From Candidatus Latescibacterota bacterium (lineage in GTDB: Bacteria; Latescibacterota; UBA2968; UBA8231), in NCBI GenBank assembly GCA_965204725.1, contig OZ242005.1, forward strand, positions 3,520,001-3,584,000: a stretch of DNA of 64,000 bases, in the 5' to 3' direction. Below are positions 57,400 to 64,000 of this stretch, one piece after another; the stretch's first letter is position 1, and every line of letters begins with the position of its first letter. Under the pieces are notes generated by a model. It ran no database searches. It worked only from the letters and a program-made list of their open reading frames with translations, and was not told where the DNA came from. A program made the position numbers and the translations under genes.

Positions 57400-58419
57400 G
57401 CCGCGCAGCTTCGGGTCCAGCGCGTCGCGCAACCCATCGCCGAGCAGGTTGTACAGGGTCACGGTCGCAAAAATGGCTACGCCCGGCACGACCACCAGCC
57501 ACCAAGCGGCCGCATTGCTGCGCGCCCCGGCCAGCAGGGCACCCCAAGTGATCGCTTCGGCCGGCATCCCCACGCCCAAAAAGCTCAGGCCCGACTCGGC
57601 GAGGATGGCACCGGCCACCCCAAAGGCCGCCGGGATCAAAATTGGGCCGATGGCGTTGGGTAGGATGTGGCGGAACATAATCCGCCCGTTTGAGTACCCG
57701 AGGCTGCGGGCCGCGGCCACGTAGTCGTAGCTACGCACCTGCAAAAACTGCGAGCGGGTCAAGCGGGCAATACCGACCCAACTCGTAAGGCCGATGATGA
57801 TCATGACGAAAAACAGGCTCGGCGGGAAAAACGCCGCGACCGTCAGGATTAGGAAGAAGCTGGGGATCGCGGCCCACAGCTCGAAAAGGCGCGAGAGTGC
57901 CAAGTCGATCCAGCCGCCAAAGTAGCCGGCCAACGCGCCCAAGGCCAAGCCAATGGCCAGCGATATGCCCACGGCCACTAGGCCGATGGTCAAGGCGTAG
58001 CGCGTACCGTGAATCAGCCCCGAGAGGACATCGCGTCCCAAGCGGTCTGTGCCCAACCAGTGCTCGGCCCCGGGGGGCTGGTACTTCTCCGGCAGGCGCA
58101 CTTCGCCCGGGGCATAAGGGACCAGCGGGAAGATGGCCTCCTCTAGATCGAGCTTTTTGAAATTGCGCCGACGCTTCAATTCGGCTGGCCAGTCCATCAG
58201 CCCTAGATAGACTGCGTACTGGCGAAAGGCCGGAAAGTACAGCTCGCCCTTGTATTTCATGTAGTACGGCTTGTCGCCAGCGAGTAAATCGGCACTCAAG
58301 GCGACGAGCCCCAGCAAGACCACGCCCAAGAGGCTGAGCAGAGCGGGTCTGTTGTTCTTGAACTGCCTCCAGACGACCTGCCAGTAGGACTGCCCTTGTG
58401 CAACCCCCTCCCCACTCAT
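57376..58419 (-). CDS. Peptide/nickel ABC permease (OppC/DppC-like)
   Basis: HWLGTDRLGRD, YVAAARSLG...RHILPN and GDGLRDALDP. Confidence 0.92.
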   Translation of the reverse strand: MSGEGVAQGQSYWQVVWRQFKNNRPALLSLLGVVLLGLVALSADLLAGDKPYYMKYKGELYFPAFRQYAVYLGLMDWPAELKRRRNFKKLDLEEAIFPLVPYAPGEVRLPEKYQPPGAEHWLGTDRLGRDVLSGLIHGTRYALTIGLVAVGISLAIGLALGALAGYFGGWIDLALSRLFELWAAIPSFFLILTVAAFFPPSLFFVMIIIGLTSWVGIARLTRSQFLQVRSYDYVAAARSLGYSNGRIMFRHILPNAIGPILIPAAFGVAGAILAESGLSFLGVGMPAEAITWGALLAGARSNAAAWWLVVVPGVAIFATVTLYNLLGDGLRDALDPKLRGSGAEESG

Positions 58420-59715
58420 CTAGGCACTCGCAAAGTCGATGCGCGGGTCCACGGCCTTGAGCAGAATATCCGCCGCCAAGATACCGGCCAGCGACAGAGC
58501 CGAGCCAATGGTGAAGAGCGCCATCGCCATGGGATAGTCGCGCACGATGACCGACTGGAAGGCCAAAAAGCCCATGCCCGGAATGGTGAAGATCGTCTCG
58601 ATAAACACCGAGCCGGCGATCATCCCCGGCAAAAGCCCGGCCATCAGCGTAACAATGGGAATCAGGGAGTTGCGCAGCACGTGGCGCAGCACTACCACCC
58701 GGTAGCGCAGGCCCTTGGCTTGGGCGGTGCGCACGTAGTCCAGCCGCAAATTCTCCAGCATACTGGTGCGCATATAGCGCGAGATACCGGCGAAGCTGGC
58801 GTAGGTCGAGGCCAGTATCGGCAAGACCATGTGGTGGGCGTGGTCGGTCAACAGCCGCCAGAATCCCCAGTCCTCTCCAGCGTCTAGGGATTGAATCCCA
58901 GAGGCCGGAAACCAGTGCAAGAACTCCTTGTTGCAAAAAAACAAGATCAACAGCATGCCGACCCAAAACGAAGGCATCGACCAGAGCATGAAGGTCCCGG
59001 TGGTAACTAAGCGGTCCATAACGCTATTCTGCTCAACCGCGATCGCGATGCCCAGCGGCACGCCGATTAGATAGGCAAAGACTAGGCTGATGAGGTTGAT
59101 TTCGAGCGTGATGGGCAGCCGGTCGAGGATGTGGTCAATGACCGGTTCTTGGTCTTTGAAGGAGCGGCCCAAATTCAGCGTCACCAAACGCCAGCCACCC
59201 GTCTGCATCAGCTCCAAGCCCGACCCGGCATAAGCGTAGTTTTGGACGGGCGAGAAAAGGCGGCTTTGCCAGAAAGGCGATTCGACTAGCTCGTCGATGC
59301 GCTCGGGACGCCGGCCGCGAAAGTGTTCCAAAAAGCGCGCCTTGCGCTCGGCCCCCTCAAGCGAGGCGAGCTCGGCCCGCGCCGCGGCTGGCAGCTCGTC
59401 GAGCACGGCGTCGGCCAACAAGGCCCCGCGCTCGAATGCGCTTAGGTCCTCCACTCGTAGGACCAAGTTGGAAAGCCAGTGCAAATATTGGAGGTACAGC
59501 GGTTGGTCTAGCCCGAGTTGGCGGCGCAAATCCCGGCGCGTCTTTTCCATGTCCGCCTGATGGTCGGTGGAGAGGCCCTCGCCGCTAGCGGCCCCGCCCA
59601 AGAAGAGATCGACCGGATCGCCGGGCGCCAAGCGCATAATCAGGAAGGTCAGCAGGGTGATGCCGAGGAGCGTCGGGATGGCGAGCAGAATGCGCTGGAT
59701 GGTGTACTGCAACAT
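58420..59715 (-). CDS. Peptide/nickel ABC permease (OppB/DppB-like)
   Basis: APGDP, LGLDQP, DYVRTAQAKGL...HVLRN, ETIF and DPRI. Confidence 0.92.
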   Translation of the reverse strand: MLQYTIQRILLAIPTLLGITLLTFLIMRLAPGDPVDLFLGGAASGEGLSTDHQADMEKTRRDLRRQLGLDQPLYLQYLHWLSNLVLRVEDLSAFERGALLADAVLDELPAAARAELASLEGAERKARFLEHFRGRRPERIDELVESPFWQSRLFSPVQNYAYAGSGLELMQTGGWRLVTLNLGRSFKDQEPVIDHILDRLPITLEINLISLVFAYLIGVPLGIAIAVEQNSVMDRLVTTGTFMLWSMPSFWVGMLLILFFCNKEFLHWFPASGIQSLDAGEDWGFWRLLTDHAHHMVLPILASTYASFAGISRYMRTSMLENLRLDYVRTAQAKGLRYRVVVLRHVLRNSLIPIVTLMAGLLPGMIAGSVFIETIFTIPGMGFLAFQSVIVRDYPMAMALFTIGSALSLAGILAADILLKAVDPRIDFASA

Positions 59716-59743
59716 GGGGATGGCGAACTACAGCGTGGGCGAT

Positions 59744-60754
59744 TTATTCCTCTAGTTCTTCTAGTTCTGCGGCGCGATCAAACGCCGCCTCGCTCTCCTC
59801 GACCAAGTCCTTGTGGGCATAAACCGTCCCCAAGTGCATCCACACCAATGCGTTGTTGGGCATTTGTTCGGCGAGTTGCTCCAACAGGGGCAACGCCCCG
59901 TCCATGTCGTCGGTGGCCAAGTGGACCATGGCGAGATTGTAGAGCGCGTCCCCGTCGTCGGGTTTGAGCGCTAGGACCTGCTCGTAGGCCCGCTTGGCCG
60001 CCGTGTATTTTTCTTGCTGCCAGTAGAGGTTGCCCAAGTTAAAGTGGGGCCTGAAATCGTCCGGGGTCCGCTCAATGATCGTGCGATAATTGGCCTCAGC
60101 ACCCTCGTAGTCCTCGGCTTGGGCTTGGGCTTGGGCGAGATTGGTCAGGCCATTGAGGTTTTCGGGATCGATCTTGACCCCCTGCGACAAGGCGCGGATG
60201 GCGTCGTTGAGACGTTCCTTTTTTAGGTAGAGCGACCCTAGGTTAAAAAAGGCCCGGGCGTCTTCTGGGTCCGCCGACGCGATCTTCTGGTAGGTGGCAA
60301 TGGCCGCATCCGTGCTGTCGATCTGGTAATAGACATACGCGAGGTTGCGCCAAGCGTCGAGCGCGCCCTCGTCAATGAGGGTGGCGTTGTGAAACGAATG
60401 CCGCGCCAAGGCGTAATTCGGGGCCTCGCCTTGGGCATGGCCGACGCCGGCATTGTACTCGCGCACCCAGTAGAGGCGGCGAGTTTGCTCAATTTCCGTC
60501 TGAAACTTGGGGCTGATCGCAGCCGAACTATTCAAGTGAGCAACCATTTCGCCATAGCGGCCCTCGGCCCCTAAGAGCTTGCCCATGAGATAGTGGGCTT
60601 CGGCGTTGTCGGGTTCGTTCTGCAAGACCAAGACGAGTTGTTCTCGGGCCTTTTGCGGCTTCTCTTCCTTGATATAGAGCTTGGCGGCCGTCATGGTCGA
60701 ACTCTGACATCCCAATCCGGCGACGAGCACCGCCAGCCAACCTGCAAACTTCAT
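59744..60754 (-). CDS. TPR lipoprotein
   Basis: MKFAGW...GLGC lipobox; multiple TPR units. Confidence 0.85.
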   Translation of the reverse strand: MKFAGWLAVLVAGLGCQSSTMTAAKLYIKEEKPQKAREQLVLVLQNEPDNAEAHYLMGKLLGAEGRYGEMVAHLNSSAAISPKFQTEIEQTRRLYWVREYNAGVGHAQGEAPNYALARHSFHNATLIDEGALDAWRNLAYVYYQIDSTDAAIATYQKIASADPEDARAFFNLGSLYLKKERLNDAIRALSQGVKIDPENLNGLTNLAQAQAQAEDYEGAEANYRTIIERTPDDFRPHFNLGNLYWQQEKYTAAKRAYEQVLALKPDDGDALYNLAMVHLATDDMDGALPLLEQLAEQMPNNALVWMHLGTVYAHKDLVEESEAAFDRAAELEELEE

Positions 60755-60785
60755 AAGAATCTCCTTTGGCGACCGCCTACCCTGT

Positions 60786-61820
60786 TCAGAAACCGAACTG
60801 AAAGGTAAACGTATTGAGTGCGTCGAAATAATCGACCGTGGTGTAGGCGTAATCAACGCGCAAATTTTTGAGCGTCCCAGCCTCTACATTCAACCCAAAG
60901 CCGAAGCTGGTGCCATAGATGTAGTCGTCGGCCGAGCGGGGCGCGTAATCAAAGCCCGCGCGCAGGGCGAAGAAATCGCTCACCAGATACTCGGCCCCCA
61001 ACCGGTACTGGTCGTAGGCGAAGTTGTTGTGCCGGAAGACCGAGGACACGTTGAGCGCGCCTAGCCCCGCGGGCGTATAGCGGTAGCTCAGACCGAGTTC
61101 AAACGTCGAGGGCAGGTCGGCCGAACTAGCCTGTACATTGTAATCAGCCGGGCCGCGCCGCACTCCATCAATCTGGCCGCGCCGCAACAGGTCGGAACCG
61201 CCAAACTGCATCCGCGTCCCAATGTGCTTGAGCGCGACGCCCAAGTCCAAGCCGGCAATCCCTCCCAGATTGGCGTATTGCAGGCCGGCACTAAACGAAG
61301 TCGCCGCGGCCTCGACGCGCTGGATGCGGTTGACGACATAATGGCTGGTGAAACCAACGGCGATGCGGTCGGTCAGCGCTCGGGCGAAGGTCAGGCCCAG
61401 CGTGAAGAAGGTCGGCGAAAAAGTCGCACCGGTGCCGTCTGGATTGGCCTCGGTGGTCACCGGAATGTCGCCAAAGCTCAGGGCCTTGATGTCGAAAGCG
61501 AGCGAACCGATGCTCTTGAAATTCGCGCCGGTAGCCAGATAGTTGATGCGGGTATCTGCCAGATACGACATCGTCGAGAACAGGATGCCCGCGTTGGATT
61601 CGGACTTGGACAGCCCTGCCGGGTTCCAGTGCAGGGATTCCAGCCCGGAGCTGGTGGCGATCGCGGCACCGCCCAAGGCCATGTCGCGGGCACCAACCGG
61701 AATCAGCAGTTCCGGGGCTGCGGCCGTCCCGGCGCGGTCATAGCCGTCGGCAAAGGCCGGAGCCGAGGCGAAAACCAACGCCAGCAGGATCGTCGAGATG
61801 CAAAGCTTGTGTCGAAGCAT
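60786..61820 (-). CDS. PorV/PorQ family outer-membrane beta-barrel
   Basis: GTAAAPELLIPVGARDMALGGA...HWNPAGL; VDYAY; terminal Phe (FQFGF). Confidence 0.88.
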   Translation of the reverse strand: MLRHKLCISTILLALVFASAPAFADGYDRAGTAAAPELLIPVGARDMALGGAAIATSSGLESLHWNPAGLSKSESNAGILFSTMSYLADTRINYLATGANFKSIGSLAFDIKALSFGDIPVTTEANPDGTGATFSPTFFTLGLTFARALTDRIAVGFTSHYVVNRIQRVEAAATSFSAGLQYANLGGIAGLDLGVALKHIGTRMQFGGSDLLRRGQIDGVRRGPADYNVQASSADLPSTFELGLSYRYTPAGLGALNVSSVFRHNNFAYDQYRLGAEYLVSDFFALRAGFDYAPRSADDYIYGTSFGFGLNVEAGTLKNLRVDYAYTTVDYFDALNTFTFQFGF

Positions 61821-61842
61821 GGAATGGCCTCCTGTTTCTCCC

Positions 61843-64000
61843 CTAGAAGTTCTGCAAGAACTGCTGCTCTTGGATGATGGCCAGCTTGAGGACGCGGCTC
61901 ATGCCGGTCCCCGGTAGCTCGATATGGGCGATGTACATGCCGCTGGCCACCGGCAGTTCGTTGTGGTTTTGCAGATCCCAGCGCGTGAACTGCGACGGAT
62001 CGTCTTTCTCAATCGTACGCACCAGCGTACCGCTCATGTCGAAGATGCGGATATTCGCCTTGGGCGGCAGGTGGCTGAAGGTCACGAAATGGTTGTAGCG
62101 GCTGGTCTCCGCCTCGTTGACCCCTAAGTAGGGATTGGGAAAGACGTTGATCTTTGAGACGCTTTCCTTGGCCAACGCTTCGGAGTACCGCTCGGCCGTC
62201 ACGCTGAACTCAAACTCGTCTTCACCAGCCACCACGGTATTGCCGATGGTGATCTTTATGACGTCGCCCGTTGACCAGACCGAAGCTCCGCCCTGCAAAA
62301 AGAAGTAAACCCACGTGGTGTTTTCGTCTGTCAACTCGTGGATCTTGGCTGGGTCGTAGTCGGTGTGGACGATGGTGATGTAGTCGCGCCCCGGCATGTT
62401 GTACGTCTGGTGATAGGCCACGCTGCCTTCGTCCCTCGATCCGTCGGCCCCGCGGTCGTAAAACACGGCGTTCAACTGGCGCGGATTGTCCGGGTCCTCC
62501 ACGTCCCAGACCTCAAAGGGCACGCGCTGGAGGAAGGCACCGGTCGAATCCGATACCTCGGCGGGCTTGAAGGGGTGCGCCGCAATATCGCGCTCGCCGC
62601 TGCCGCCGCTGACGCCCCCGAGGGTCGCCATCGAGCCGCCCTCAACGATGCTGGTCGAATCGGCACTCCATACGCCGGTGAAGCGGAACTCAATGTCGCG
62701 CACGAGCCGAATGTCACCGGCCCCGCCGCCATCCCAGAAAGTCGAGCCATAGCCATCGGCAAAGCCGAAGAGCGTACCGTCGCCCCAGAGTGTGAGGTCG
62801 CCATCGTCAGGATTGGCGTCGTTGGTCACTGCGGCGCTGATGTAGGTCGTCGGGTTGGTAAAGACCAGATTACCCACTTTCACTTGCAGGCCATCGACGA
62901 TGGGATAGCTCTCGTCGAGGGAAATGTTGCTCTCCCGGTCAATTACCCGCTCCCCGTCGCGCAACAGGCTCCAAGTCGCGTCGTCGTTGAAGGCTACCTT
63001 GTAGGTCGCCTCTTGCAGGGCGGTCGGATCGATCACCAGCGGATATACGCTGGCATCGCCAATGCCGTTGGTGTGTTCGACGGATAGCGTATCACCCGGT
63101 GCCTCGTGAGTGCGGGTGATGCCCGGAGGCGCGACTTGTGGTACACAAGTGATGATCTGCGGGCTGCTCTCTAGGGTGGTGGTCGTGGCCGCGTCTTCCG
63201 AAGTGGCGCGATTGTACGCGGTCACCGCGAAGTGGTACTGCTGGCCGTTGACCAACGGGCCGCCGCGCAATGCGTCGTCGCCCAGCGTGATATAGCGTTG
63301 GAGGCCTCGGTCGTTGCCGATCTGCAAAGGCACGTCGAGCACCACGCCGGATTGCTCGTCGAGCGCGATACCCAATATGGTCGTCACGCCGTTGACTAAA
63401 TCAAAAGTGGCGACCCGAGTGCCTTGGCTCAGCGTCGCCTCGGCGGAAGGCAGTTGATAGACATTGTAGCCTTCAAAATCAAAACCGGGCGAACCCGTGC
63501 CTTCGGTCTCAGCCACCGACGCTGGGTCCCAACCCCAGTTGAGTACAATGGTCTGATCCAACTCAATTAGGCGGACATTGGGCCGGGCCGGCGGCTTGGG
63601 GACCTGAAAGAAGCTGTTGTACGCGTCCTGCACGAACTGGTCGGTAAACTTGAGCTTGGAGACGCTGCGCAGGCGGTCGGTGCTGCTCGCGCCCAAAAGT
63701 GCGACCACCACTTCTTGCGTGTCTCCCAATGCCATCTCAAACGGGCCGGTCGCCATTACGATGCGCCGGTCGCCGGCCGGCAATGGGATTCCGTCGTTCC
63801 AGCCCGTGGCTCGCGTTGGGTCGCCAGCGAGCGTGAACTTGGTATCCTCGTTGGTCAGCGGATTGGTATAGGGCACGGGGTTTTCAATGTCGGCCTGCGG
63901 CTGGAAGCCCTGCAACAGGTTGTACCACTGCAAGGTTCCGTCGTACTCCTGCAAGTCCGGGTCGCTAATCGACGACCCAGCCGCAAAGTACACGAAAGCG
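61843..64000 (-). CDS. Large secreted protein with T9SS type-A-like C-terminal domain (5' partial)
   Basis: DFEGYNVY, INVFPNPY, IRIFDMSGTLVRTI, WDLQN and VASGMYIAHI; adjacent to the PorV-family gene. Confidence 0.85.
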   Translation of the reverse strand, partial: AFVYFAAGSSISDPDLQEYDGTLQWYNLLQGFQPQADIENPVPYTNPLTNEDTKFTLAGDPTRATGWNDGIPLPAGDRRIVMATGPFEMALGDTQEVVVALLGASSTDRLRSVSKLKFTDQFVQDAYNSFFQVPKPPARPNVRLIELDQTIVLNWGWDPASVAETEGTGSPGFDFEGYNVYQLPSAEATLSQGTRVATFDLVNGVTTILGIALDEQSGVVLDVPLQIGNDRGLQRYITLGDDALRGGPLVNGQQYHFAVTAYNRATSEDAATTTTLESSPQIITCVPQVAPPGITRTHEAPGDTLSVEHTNGIGDASVYPLVIDPTALQEATYKVAFNDDATWSLLRDGERVIDRESNISLDESYPIVDGLQVKVGNLVFTNPTTYISAAVTNDANPDDGDLTLWGDGTLFGFADGYGSTFWDGGGAGDIRLVRDIEFRFTGVWSADSTSIVEGGSMATLGGVSGGSGERDIAAHPFKPAEVSDSTGAFLQRVPFEVWDVEDPDNPRQLNAVFYDRGADGSRDEGSVAYHQTYNMPGRDYITIVHTDYDPAKIHELTDENTTWVYFFLQGGASVWSTGDVIKITIGNTVVAGEDEFEFSVTAERYSEALAKESVSKINVFPNPYLGVNEAETSRYNHFVTFSHLPPKANIRIFDMSGTLVRTIEKDDPSQFTRWDLQNHNELPVASGMYIAHIELPGTGMSRVLKLAIIQEQQFLQNF

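Overview
GC-rich bacterial window, most likely from the FCB superphylum and Latescibacterota-like (inferred from FlgD/T9SS-type C-terminal domains, a PorV-family gene, a group II GGGP synthase and a large SRP RNA). From left to right it holds: (1-9 kb) a cluster of secreted/outer-membrane proteins; (9-21 kb) an accessory stretch with DHDPS, a truncated RecG-C ATPase, HigBA, a Tm-1-like/cupin/TIM-barrel operon, CopA preceded by a temptin-like CxxCH protein, a Rieske protein and a DUF4143 ATPase; (21.7-26.3 kb) an AT-richer three-gene island bounded by a ~222-bp duplication of the cusA 3' end; (26-33 kb) a CusCBA-type efflux operon; (33-41 kb) hemH, a SLATT-like gene, a GH78-like gene, a DegP/Q protease and MITE/REP repeats; (41-54 kb) a housekeeping run tadA-tRNA(Ser,Ser,Ala)-SRP RNA-dnaX-recR-pgsA-pgpA-recA-recX-alaS-GGGPS-ptsH-ptsI-metK; (54-64 kb) carbamoyltransferase/SxtJ, lysA, ABC permeases, a TPR lipoprotein and a PorV/T9SS-cargo pair. 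The best candidates for something new are the cusA-targeted island (unknown ~580-aa protein, 56-aa microprotein, beta-CASP nuclease) and the heme-motif temptin-like protein next to copA. All calls come from reading motifs by eye; no searches were run.
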